A stretch of 63,746 nt of DNA, counting the filler, from Globobulimina sp. (Eukaryota), in assembly GCA_003354225.1 (NCBI GenBank). It is 23 parts of 23 records of this genome, joined end to end, with 100 filler letters (N's around TTAATTAATTAA, not from the genome) between each part and the next. Parts side by side here need not be neighbours in the genome. Positions count along the whole stretch, not along the records: positions 1 to 2,678 come from PIVH01005393.1; positions 2,779 to 5,456 come from PIVH01005394.1; positions 5,557 to 8,233 come from PIVH01005395.1; positions 8,334 to 11,010 come from PIVH01005396.1; 19 more parts are not named here. One strand, given 5' to 3'. The position numbers and the translations under genes are program-made. The notes beneath the pieces are model-generated. The model was not told the origin of the DNA and searched no databases. It was given only the letters and a program-made list of their open reading frames with translations. Below are positions 1 through 11,110 of this stretch, in pieces (the first letter of the stretch is position 1; every line of letters begins with the position of its first letter).

Positions 1-489
1 GCGTAAATTGATGAGGTTCCATGGGGTTTGTTTTTGTAAGTCTAGATTTGGTACAACGCCCGCATGGACTACGCGTATTTTGGGATGCGGTGATAATGAG
101 AGTGGCATTGATGCCATGTATTGCAGGTTTGATGGAGTTAAGGATTTCGCACATTCGATATGCCGATGCATTAATAATGGATCATGCGAATATTGCGCAA
201 ATTGGAAGGTTGGGATTTTGATGTTTGGACTTAAAATGTTTGTGACCCGCGCCACCCGCAAGACTTCGTAATCATGATTGCCCATTACACTGTACGTTCG
301 TTCTGTTGTTCGTACAAAGTCCACCACTTCATTCGATTTTGGACCTTTGACTGCTAAATCGCCAACAAAATATAATTCATCTCGTTTTGGGTCATGTTTT
401 AATCGAGTTAATAATAACATTAACTCATCAAAACAACCATGCACATCACCTACAAATATCTTACGACAATACCGAGCAAGGCTGCTCAT
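1..489 (-). CDS. ApaH-like/PPP-family metallophosphoesterase (3' part runs off the window; absent from the ORF track)
   Basis: Manual minus-strand translation from ATG at 489 gives MSSLARYCRKIFVGDVHGCFDEL...FVGDLAVKGP...VMGNHD...VVHAGVVP. These are the GDxHG, GDxxxKG, GNHD and HAG calcineurin-like phosphoesterase motifs. Confidence 0.9.
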   Translation of the reverse strand, partial: MSSLARYCRKIFVGDVHGCFDELMLLLTRLKHDPKRDELYFVGDLAVKGPKSNEVVDFVRTTERTYSVMGNHDYEVLRVARVTNILSPNIKIPTFQFAQYSHDPLLMHRHIECAKSLTPSNLQYMASMPLSLSPHPKIRVVHAGVVPNLDLQKQTPWNLINLR

Positions 490-567
490 GATTTAAATTA
501 AAATAAAAACTTGCAAGTTTTTTTTACATTAATTAAATAATCCAGATATTAAAGTAAAACAGCTTAA

Positions 568-1910
568 ATGAAGGATCCTGTCAGGAAACTACGGTCGCAA
601 TTATTAGTCAGTGGATACGTTAGAAAAACCACGCCTCAATACATCCATAGAGATATTACTAGTGTCATTCATGCATTCCATTATGCAGCATATAAAATAT
701 TGGAATTATATTCTATTGGTAGTAACAAATATGGACAACAAGGAAATGGAGGAAATGAAGATATTAACAAAATAACAAAAATAAAAACATTTAAAAAACA
801 AATAAAAAATATTGTTACTTGTGGTGGTTTTGGCGGTGTAGCAGCATATATTTTATTTGATGATAAAACATATGAATGTTGCGGTTATAATGCAAGGGGT
901 GTATTAGGTGTTGGACATTATTATAATATTAATATATGGCATCAAATAAAAGATATTAAAATAAAAAATATATTTTCAGCACCAAATGGATCAGAACATT
1001 CATTTTGTATTTCAAATGAGAATAAATTACATGCGGTCGGAGATAATTTTAATAATAAATTTGGTATAAAAACAAACAACAACTATAATAATAAATGGAC
1101 ACCAATTAATACATTATTATCCATTCAAAAAGTAGTAACAGCCTGTGGATATACAACATTTTTAAGTGGAAATGGCAAAATATATGTTGCTGGTTATGAT
1201 TATGCTGGTTGTTTAGGATTAGGTAAAGATACTAAATCATCAACAAATATTCAAGAAATTCCAGTAAAAATAAAATTTAAGGATATATATTGTGGATGGT
1301 GGCATACATTAGCAATTGATGAGAATTATGGTGTTTGGTCATGGGGGCGTGGTGCAGATGGACAATTAGGGCATGGGGATGATAATAATAGATATTTAGC
1401 AACAAGAATACAATATTTTATTCAAAACAATATCAAAATTGGTAAAATATGCTGTGGTGTTACAGATAATATATTATTGTCATTAACTAATAACGTTTTG
1501 ATCTTTTTATGTTTATTTATTTTATATTGTTTTGTCATATATACCAATATATTTTTAAAATAAATAAGATATATTGCTTTGGAAGGAATGCGTCGTATGA
1601 ATGCGGAAATGGTTCAGATAAAAAGGTATATTTACCACAACAGAATGAAACATTGGAAAAGGAAACAATTATTGATATTAAATGTGGCAAACATCATAAT
1701 ATTGTTAAGACAAACGATAATAAATATTATTTATGGGGAGATAACAGATATAATCAATGTTTATATGTTCATGATACCAACACACCATTATATATTAAGA
1801 AACCATTATCATTTAATTCAAATTATTTTGGTAAAGATAAAGAAATAATTGATATTTATCCTGGATTTAATGAAACACGAATATTAATTGGTAACGAAGA
1901 TACTTTATAA
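568..1910 (+). CDS. RCC1/BLIP-II repeat beta-propeller protein, one intron (~1495-1568)
   Basis: Repeats such as GSNKYGQQG, CGWWHTLAID..VWSWGRGADGQLGHG and CGKHHNIV..WGDNRYNQC. ORFs 568-1563 and 1509-1910 join in frame through a GT..AG intron (LTNN|IYCFGRN). Confidence 0.88.
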
Positions 1911-1970
1911 TTTAAATTGTAAATAAAAACTTGCAAGTTGCTAAATTATATCAGTCCTCACAGGCTCATA

Positions 1971-2678
1971 ATGCCTTCACCGTTTGTCTGGGCTTACTCT
2001 ATGTCATATGGGATTTTCTTAGCATGCATTCCTTATATTTATGTGACATATCCTGGACATGTATTGCCATTGTTATTTGGTGGTGTTGTATTTCAGATTT
2101 TAGATTTCTTTGTTTCAGACCAACCGTGGAAGAATTTAGAAATTTCTCATAAGACAGGCTATACAAATACAAAATTGATTGCTTATTGCTTGATAAATAT
2201 ATTTTTATATCAATCGATTTGGATGTTTATCAGTCATTTTATATTGAAAACTGTAGAAATTAGTTATTATTTTAATATCTGGTTAATTGCAAAAGTTGCA
2301 ATCACATTAATAATCGGAGACATTTATTTTTATTTTGCCCATAAAGCAATGCATGAAAGTCATATTGGAGCAACAATCCATTTGTTACATCATTGTACTG
2401 TGTATTGTTCAATGTCAAGTGCAGTGTGGTTTAATCCCATTGATATATTGATTGAATTTACCGGACCAAATGCCATATCATTGATGGCTTATTACACTTT
2501 TGATGATGCATGTTTTTTGATGGTGGTTGGTACGATAGTAATTGTTTGGTATGGCCTGGCTCACGACGACTGTCTTAAACTGCATCATCATGACCATCAT
2601 ACATACTGCAATGGCGATTATCCAATTTATAAAAGGATTAACAATTTCAATAGAAAAGATCTGCTTAAAAAATTAATT
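1971..2678 (+). CDS. Fatty acid hydroxylase/sterol desaturase superfamily membrane enzyme (stop codon not reached before contig end)
   Basis: Hydrophobic protein with histidine boxes YFAHKAMH, IHLLHH and HDD..HHHDHH. Confidence 0.85.
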
Positions 2679-2778
2679 NNNNNNNNNNNNNNNNNNNNNN
2701 NNNNNNNNNNNNNNNNNNNNNNTTAATTAATTAANNNNNNNNNNNNNNNNNNNNNNNNNNNNNNNNNNNNNNNNNNNN
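2679..2778. other. Artificial contig spacer (44 N + TTAATTAATTAA + 44 N); 22 copies in the window, about every 2.78 kb
   Basis: An identical 100-bp linker starts at 2679, 5457, 8234, 11011, 13788, 16565, 19342, 22119, 24896, 27672, 30448, 33224, 36000, 38776, 41551, 44326, 47101, 49876, 52651, 55425, 58199 and 60973. Contig lengths fall monotonically from 2678 to 2674. Confidence 0.99.
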
Positions 2779-3487
2779 TACTGTATCTGGTAAATAGAAA
2801 AATAAAAATAGCGCTTGTAAGAGCAAAATTAACCAGGACATGATGTACGTACTAAAAAAAACTGTTCCTAACTATTTTTCACAAAATCAGCACACTGCAC
2901 AGTGCACACAACTCAAGCAACCAAACAAAAACTAAAAATACACAACACAAAATTTGTTTAAATAACAGCGAAAACAAATGCTCATAGTAATGACGACTCA
3001 ATTGATGTCAATGATACTTTTGTAGCAGTCAACCACTTATCATCCCAGCCTGACATCATTACAATAATAAATACTTCATCTGGTAAATTAATTTGCACTT
3101 TATGTTTCTCATCTTGACCACTCCAAATCCAACCAACTTTCAACCTCATATTGACAGATATAATTAGCTTTGGCACCGCTTGTTCCAAGATCCAAATGTA
3201 CCGTGACTTTGTCTTTCCCACTTAAAAGCTTTCCAAATCTACACCATCGATGATTTGGCAGAAATTAGCAAACAAAAAGATCTATTAATTTGGCAATAAC
3301 GTATTTATTTGTACAAAAACATAAAATCTGGTCATCAAAATCACAAAACCATGTTGAACAATAACCAAACAACAACAAAAAAAATATAATAATACTTAAA
3401 GTCTAATTTAGAAGGAAAAGAAACAAAAATGAATATACCGCTAACATATATTCACAAATTTAATTTTGTATGAAAAAAGATTTATAT

Positions 3488-5456
3488 TTACACAAAAACG
3501 ATTGCCGACACAAATACCATTCCAACCATTATTCCCATTCGATTTGCACTGCCGCCCATAACGCTTTGTGTCGTAGTTGTGTCTGCCACACATTCAAAAC
3601 AAACACCATCCAAATCCCACTCACATGTCCCCACACCATCACTATTTGAACTGCATGGATCACCTTCCTCACTATGCCCACATCCGGCGCTGCAACACAC
3701 GCAATCCGTACAATAATAATGAGCCGCACCCAACGCATCAGCACAATCCGCTGCCGTTTCACACTCACACCCACCACTTGTACTTGTTTCTGTGCCGTCT
3801 GCTGGCGTATCCGTCGTACTTTGGTCCGCCACAACTGTACATCGTCCGCATCCCCCTACATTCGTAGCGGCAGCAGTACGGTCACAAACCTCTCCGTTTG
3901 CACACTGAAAATCAACACAGGCACTGGGAATACTATCGCACGCTACGCAGGTTTTGCATGTGGTCGTCGTATCCTCCACACATTCTCCTGACGCACAATA
4001 AGCGCCCAAACTGCATGTGTCACAATTTGCCGCTGTACTACTTACAATTACATCTAATATTTATTTTATATGTTATCGTATCACTTTGCCGTGTAAATGA
4101 GTTATATGCATACCTGTTGTGGTTGGATGAGCTTGACAGGTTCCACAAACACCGGAATCTGCCTGACAGAATTGGCCGGTGCCACAGCCCGGATGCACGC
4201 CGTCTGGATCGCATTCACATTCACAGAGACCGCATTTACCCGCATCGCGTACACAAACACCATGCAAACCAGCACCGACTAAACAAGCACTGCCAGCATC
4301 CGCCTCATTGCATTTCCCAAATTCCTCACATGGCACACACGCCAAACATCCACTATTTGCAGTCATGCATTTTCCGGTAATAAGTCCGGAGCCATCCGTA
4401 CAAAATGTATTCGCAGCACATTCGTCAACACAGCCTGTTAAAAACGTTTATATCTCATGTGCTGTTTGTGTTATTTATAATAGATACACACCGGTTATAT
4501 CTACGCATATCTTACAATACAAACTGTTTCCGTCTAAGTCTATACCCGCACTCACACACTCCCGGTCTGCGCCACATACATCCGGATTGGCATCAGTACA
4601 CACCTCGAAATCGGGAGATCCATATATCTCACCACACGCTGTACAAACGGGACATTGTAACGTTAAATCATCCGCGCATTGACCGGGAGTGTCGACGCCG
4701 TGGTTATCATAATAACATGGATCAGCACATACATTCACACACGGATCCACAGCCGCGTCTTATACATATATATTAATAACACGTTTTTGTATAAATAGGG
4801 AGTAATATATAGTACATACCGGTGGTGGTTGCAATTATAGGCTCACATATCCAATGACAACCCCCTGCAGTCTGCATACATGCACCATCCGCACCATCGG
4901 CTGTCTGACAAACAGCGCTAGGATCAGCCACACAGTCGGCAGAACAACAGGTGCCGCACGCTGTTAATTGATTAGCTGTAAAACAGGTTTGCGTCGACCC
5001 ACATTCAGCTGTTTCGACGACACTACAGCCATCGGTATGCGTTCTGGAGCACAACTGACATATATTGCAACTATTTGCGACTGGCGTACATTCGCCGTAT
5101 GCTGCAGTTGCATCATCATAACATGCATTATCTGTGCTTGCATCATAGACACAAGCATCCGAGCATGGAGCTGTGGTGTTTTTTGTTTAACATGTTTTTG
5201 CGCCGTATGCGTGCAATATATGTGTGTGTGTACCTGTTGTGGTCAACGTTGGATCAACTTGACATGTTCCACATACCCCAATGACATTGGGTTCGCATAT
5301 TTCATTTGCTGCGCAGTCTCCAGCATCTGGTAAACATCCGACTGATACGCCGACTTCAGTGTATTTCACGTGACAAGCTTCGCATTCATTACATTTCCCA
5401 GCAAAGGTAGCTGCCGTACATTCACCTAAAACGGTACCGCCCGTTAACGTACACTC
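3488..5456 (-). CDS. Cysteine-rich repeat secreted/surface protein with a C-terminal hydrophobic (GPI-signal-like) tail; 5' partial; four phase-1 introns
   Basis: Cys-rich ORF pieces splice in frame through introns 5171-5233, 4759-4819, 4435-4491 and 4033-4113. Thr-rich linkers separate the modules. The protein ends GGSANRMGIMVGMVFVSAIVFV. Confidence 0.8.
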
Positions 5457-6037
5457 NNNNNNNNNNNNNNNNNNNNNNNNNNNNNNNNNNNNNNNNNNNN
5501 TTAATTAATTAANNNNNNNNNNNNNNNNNNNNNNNNNNNNNNNNNNNNNNNNNNNNTTCAGAAGTTGGTGGATAAAAGTATCGTAGAATTGGATTCTTGT
5601 TTCATTAATAATTCAACTTCTGAACCTCTCAACTTCTAAATGCAAAACTTCCGAACATCTCAACCTCTCAAACCTCTGACTTTAATGCATTTCTTTCAAT
5701 TATTCTGACATTGCGGTTCCTGTTCAAATTGGTGTTTCCAAAACCTATCCAATGTATCCACGTCAATGATGCCTTTATGATTCTGTGTGATTTGGAACTC
5801 TATTTTTTTATAAATCAAATGCTTGAAAATATTCTTCAATTCCGAACTCTGTAAAGGCTCCTTGATCATTCCCAATCTTCTTCTCATCGTCGCGACATGG
5901 ACCTAGGACCTAGGGCTAGGGTCCAATTTTAATTACGTCATTTTCCAACATTCCCTAAACGCAGTATATTTCTCACCGGGTTATATGTTAAATAATTCAA
6001 CTTAAGTCAGAGCCCTAAAAACTTTAAGTAAAGAATA

Positions 6038-8233
6038 ATGGGTGCTGCTGTGGCATACGGCATTGAGAAATCTAGTGAGAGTCGTTTACCTCCAGTGGAC
6101 GGAACATTATCATTGCCATGTTTAGACAAAGAAGGCACAATAAAGTACGATACATGGGGTGTACCACGTATGTATTATCATTCTCATACTACAAAGTATA
6201 AACCATTGCCATTGTTTAGATATTTACGCCCAAACAAGAAAAGATGGCTATAGATTGCAAGGATTCATTACTGCTCAACACCGCTGTTTTCAATTAGTTC
6301 AAACCTATTTAGCAATGCATGGCAAATTATCATCGGTCATTGGTGCCTCTGCCAAACCAATCGACATATTTTCCAGAACTTGCAACTTCACTCAGTTAGG
6401 AAAAAATGATTGGGAGTTCATCATGAAACATAAAGAGAGCTATCAGCCGTCCATCGATATGATCTCCTGCTACGTCGAAGGCATAAATGCGTGGCTCAGC
6501 CATCCTTTATTTGTGAAACCCGTGGAACTAAGCACATTGATCTTAAATTCTGATCCACCATTTTGGACTCCGTCGGATGTGCTAACCGTTGGGCGATTGT
6601 TGGGCATCAAAATGAGCCCTAGCTGGGGATCCAAAATGCTCTCAACTTTATTAATTCAAATTGTTGGCTATAAAAATGCTGAGTGGTTCTGCTTTGATAA
6701 CGAGAAAGTGTACAATTGCCCTTATGAGGATATCCCAAATAAAGTCGGTGACTTTTATCTAAAATTAAAAGATATTGGCAAGCTTTTGGAGAAGCAAAAC
6801 CAGCCCGTTGCGGTTATGGGAATACAACATTCATATTTTAAAAACAAAGAGAAATATGTCTCGCCATATCAGCCACTCAAAAATGATGAAAAAGTAGAAG
6901 TTGAAGCTACTGTCATGGACATGATGGATGGTGGCGCATCCAATGGATTTGTAATCGGTGGCAATGTGACCGATACTGGCAAACCAATATTATGCAATGA
7001 CCCGCATTTAACGTTAAATATTCCAAATACATTTTTCCATTGCCATTTAACTGTGGAATCTGATGAAAATAAAGAAGAATATTTGCATTGGACGGGAGTG
7101 CAAGCGGGTTATATATAACATATATTTTCAATTTTCGACTTTTATAATACATTTGTATAAATACAACAGTTGGAATGCCTGGAATGTGTATCGGACACAC
7201 TCAACATTTTGCAGTTGGAATCACCGTTGGGTACGAAACAGTTTTTACATACTTTTGAATCCGACACGCACATAATTTACAACTGTATAATGTATATATA
7301 CACAGATGCTGTGATGTAACCGATATTTTTGTAGAACGATTTAAAGACGAAACGTCAAATGAATATCAAGTGGATGGCGAATGGAAGCAATGCGAAGTTC
7401 GAGAAGAAGTCATACAGATTAAGGGCGAGCCGGATTACGTATTAAAAGTTAGGGAAACACATCATGGCCCCATACTAACTCCCACTGATTTCGATAACGG
7501 AATGGAAAAAGGTCCGTATTCGCACTTAGCAGACACAAATAACGGCGAGAATGAAGAGTATTTCCTGCGGTATTCATTTTGTGCGTCATTCTTGAAAAGC
7601 ATACCTGACACAAACAGTGCTGTGGAGCTACTTCCATTTGTAATAGATTCGAAGGATATATTGGAAGCTAGCGGTCATTTAAGAAAAATGGGCTTTCCGT
7701 GTTTAAATTTTATGTTAGCAGATCGCGATGGTAATTATGGCTGGACTACAAATGGACTGATACCCATACGGAAGCATATGGAGACATACAACCCACAGTT
7801 ACCGCAACCGGGATGGCTGTCGCAATATGACTGGAACGGCTATATTCCAATGGAAGAATTGCCCATAAGCATGAATCCAAAGTGTGGATATGTCGTTTCC
7901 TGCAATAACAACATGGTTGATCCTGAAAAGTATCCCTATTATTTGGGTTTTAGGTTTGCTATGGGATTCAGAGCAAAACGAGCATCGCAATTAATCGATA
8001 AACAGCTGATAAATAATACAAAAATAACAGTTGAGTACATGAGCTCTATTCAAACAGATGTATATGATGTGTCAGCTGAGGAATTGATTAAAAATGTGTT
8101 AGCTAAATTGGATTTGTTTACTTTGATCGAGAAACATGACATTGCGCTGGAAACAAAGCAGTGGGTGCAACTTACGATGAATTCTGTTATACCGAAAGAC
8201 ATTAGAAATAATATACAAGTTGATGTGGCTTAT
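6038..8233 (+). CDS. Penicillin acylase/acyl-homoserine-lactone acylase family Ntn-hydrolase (peptidase S45); three introns; 3' partial
   Basis: The spliced product contains YDTWGVPH|IYAQ...QGFITAQHRCFQ, GASNGFVIGGNVTDTGKPILCNDPHL (beta-subunit N-terminal Ser), GMPGMCIGHT, VRETHHGP, NFMLADRDGN, NPKCGYVVSCNN and FRAKR. Introns at 6168-6219, 7108-7169 and 7231-7305 restore the frame. Confidence 0.93.
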
Positions 8234-8333
8234 NNNNNNNNNNNNNNNNNNNNNNNNNNNNNNNNNNNNNNNNNNNNTTAATTAATTAANNNNNNNNNNN
8301 NNNNNNNNNNNNNNNNNNNNNNNNNNNNNNNNN

Positions 8334-8451
8334 GCTTTTATTTGGAGTGATTCCCGAGGCAGATGAAGCAATGCAAGATATTCAAACAAATGTTGCAAAA
8401 TGGTTTAATGAAAAGAAAATAAAAATCATTCTCGAAACTGCGCAAAAATAA
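8334..8451 (+). CDS. 3' end of a gene, possibly the C-terminal helix of an alpha/beta-hydrolase (esterase)
   Basis: Translates to LLFGVIPEADEAMQDIQTNVAKWF...TAQK*. This resembles the PEAxxAxxxI terminal helix of HSL-type esterases, but the fragment is very short. Confidence 0.35.
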
Positions 8452-8737
8452 TGTATTATATATATAAATGTACTGTACATTAATACTAATACTATCCTAT
8501 ACTAATTATATTACATTTATTTTTTTATTTCCTTTTTTTCGACGTATACATCTAATACACCATGAATGTCCATGATTCTTTTTTACATCTTAACGTTTCT
8601 GTGGAATCATCACTGATTTGAAATATAATAATTGTTTCCAGAGTTTCATTCAAATTCTGTCTTTATTAAAATTGAAAACAGATGACAGATTAAATAAATC
8701 TGTTTTTAATTTTCACATATCAGAAACGCAATAAAGT

Positions 8738-8827
8738 AAAGAACCTGTTGTACTTTTTGCTGCGAATAACCGTCAGGGGAATTTTTAGAAATATACAGAT
8801 TATGGCAAAAAGTACAACAGGTTCTTT
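8738..8827. repeat. Perfect 23-bp inverted repeat with a 44-bp spacer
   Basis: AAAGAACCTGTTGTACTTTTTGC (8738-8760) is the exact reverse complement of GCAAAAAGTACAACAGGTTCTTT (8805-8827). Confidence 0.92.
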
Positions 8828-9130
8828 TCTCAGTTTGTAGGAATTAACATATTTAAATTACCTTTTTTGATCTTAAAATTAGTAAATAAGAAGCAAACAA
8901 AAAATTATCACCAACAAAGAAGAAATATCACCAACAAAGAAAAAATATCATCAAACAAAGTATTGTATGAAGGAATAATGGAGAAAAAAATCAAAAAAAA
9001 AAACATAAAATGTATATATTTTTTAACACTATGAATTTAACATCATCACATTTTACACATACTACAATATGAAAAACATAAACAAACAAAACAAAAAAGT
9101 CCACAAAAACAACATCGTAAAACACAAAAT

Positions 9131-11010
9131 CTATGACTCATTCCTATTTTTACTATTTTTACTACTATCATTCACAACATTGTTATTATTTTCTTGATAA
9201 CAAACAGAATGCCAAAATAAATCTTGTTCCATCTCTTGAGTAGTTTTATATTTATTTTTCTCTCTGTTATGAAGAATAAAATGTCTCGTTACAATCTGTA
9301 ACAACCGATTGTCTTTGGACCTTTTCGAATATCTCAATTTATAATAATCACAATATTTTATCAAAGCAGAGCGTGGCATATGTTTCAAAACTGGAAAACA
9401 TTCGTTTTCGAGCAATTTCATATCGCCCAAATGCAAACTCTCTGCGTATGCCACAATATAAGCATTGCCAGATATCGGCTCCGCACAATTTAACATATCT
9501 TCCCTATACGCAATCATTCGTTCTTCCGCATCAAACTCTTTGTCGATATTACACATTCTCTTCTTGCGTTGCCTGACTTTGTTACCCTCATTGTCCCCAT
9601 TATGCGCATCCATATATTTATAACTCTCATCCGACCCATCCGAGTTCATAGCACTCACAGTCGACCTCGACCGCGTAGAGGTGGCAGACGGCGATCTCTT
9701 CCGTTTCCGCTTCCTTCTCGTCATGCTTTTAATGGATATCTCCGAATGCACCGCATTTGATATAATCTCCGCTTTCGCACTTTTCCTCTTTTTTTTATTT
9801 CTCCGCTTTTTTTTCAATTTGGACTTCAATTTCGATGACGCGTCGTCTTCATCGGAGACCAATGTCACAATTTCTATATTATTTTTAATATGATTGTTTT
9901 TCTTCGGCTTTTTTAATTTTTTCTGTGAATGCAAATTTGAATTTGAATGTGAACGTGAATTTGCATTTGAATTTGTGTTGGTATTTGACAGCGAATAGTT
10001 AGTGGCCACGAGATTGGATATATTCCTATTTTTGGCTAACAACATATTCATGGAATTATTTGCATTATTTATATTCTGGATATTTTGCAACGACGCCATT
10101 AAATTCACCAAACCGCCGCTATTGTTGTTATTATTATTATTATATTGCTGATTATGTGTCTGTGTCTGTGCAGATCGAGTGGCATTTATAGCATTTAATA
10201 AAGCATTCTGTTTCTCTGTATTTTGTTGGATTTGCTGCTGTTGTTTTAATCGCAATAACGACTGTAACATAGCTGTATTATTATGTGCTTTATTTTTATT
10301 CATCATATTCATTAAAAGCTGTTGTGGGTTGTTGTGGTGTCCCGGTTGCATATAATTGGCCAACAAATGCTGTACATTTTGTTTATTATTACTATTATGT
10401 GCTTGATTGGGAGTGGTGGAGCCTGAAACTGATGTCGTTTGCGACTGATTTTGGCTTTGATTCTCTTGATATTTCGCAAACTGTGACTTCAAATATTGCA
10501 CCAACTGCACCAAGGTCACATCAATGGGCTTTTTTACTTTTTGTGCCGGATTTAGTAAAAGGTTTTGTTTGCCGGCAAGCAAAGAACGTTGCAAATTATT
10601 CAATGGATTGGATGTAAATGTTGGATTTGTGCCTGCGACGTGGTTATGATTATGAAGATTTAATAAATTATTATGATTCACATTGCTATTATTTACTACA
10701 AATTGTGTCTGTGCATTCATATTGGTTTCTATCTTCTGGCGCTTCCGCTGCGGAGCCGATGATATCGCATTAATATCATAATTGGGCGGATCTAGCGGCC
10801 TCTTACGGCCATTACTCTCCATAACATGGTGTTGGTTGACTAATTTAGGAATGGTTGGCGAGGAGGAGCCAGAGACAGGATTTGAAGTTGCGACACTGGT
10901 CTGATATGAATGTGAATTGCTGCGGGTTAAATCAATGGGGGTCGAGGAGGTGGTGCCTATGCCATTAATGCCTATGCCATTGATGCCCACAGTGGAGGAG
11001 GAGGAGGAGG
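9131..11010 (-). CDS. Q/N-rich low-complexity nuclear protein with a C-terminal SAP30 Sin3-binding-like domain (5' partial)
   Basis: Long ORF with N/Q tracts and basic NLS-like runs. The C-terminal LKHMPRSALIKYCDYYKL...KDNRLLQIVTRHF resembles the SAP30 motif LxxxxLxRYxxxYKL...LxxAVxxHF. Confidence 0.65.
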
Positions 11011-11110
11011 NNNNNNNNNNNNNNNNNNNNNNNNNNNNNNNNNNNNNNNNNNNNTTAATTAATTAANNNNNNNNNNNNNNNNNNNNNNNNNNNNNNNNNN
11101 NNNNNNNNNN

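Noticed and set aside
2982-3221. Small minus-strand ORF (79 aa)
   Set aside because: It starts at GTG right after a stop and has no recognisable motif. It may be a gene remnant but cannot be supported.
3529-5333. Numerous overlapping plus-strand and alternative-frame ORFs
   Set aside because: They are shadow ORFs of the relatively GC-rich, Cys-rich minus-strand gene. The same applies at 23086-23907 and 30940-32041.
5899-5925. CCTAGG/CTAGGG repeats resembling telomeric sequence
   Set aside because: There are only three imperfect units, internal to the contig, which is insufficient for a telomere call.
6038-7400. Apparent programmed frameshifts or stop-codon readthrough between consecutive ORFs (also in the RCC1, CTL and aminotransferase genes)
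   Set aside because: Each break is explained by a short GT-AG intron that restores conserved motifs. Long intronless genes read normally with the standard genetic code.
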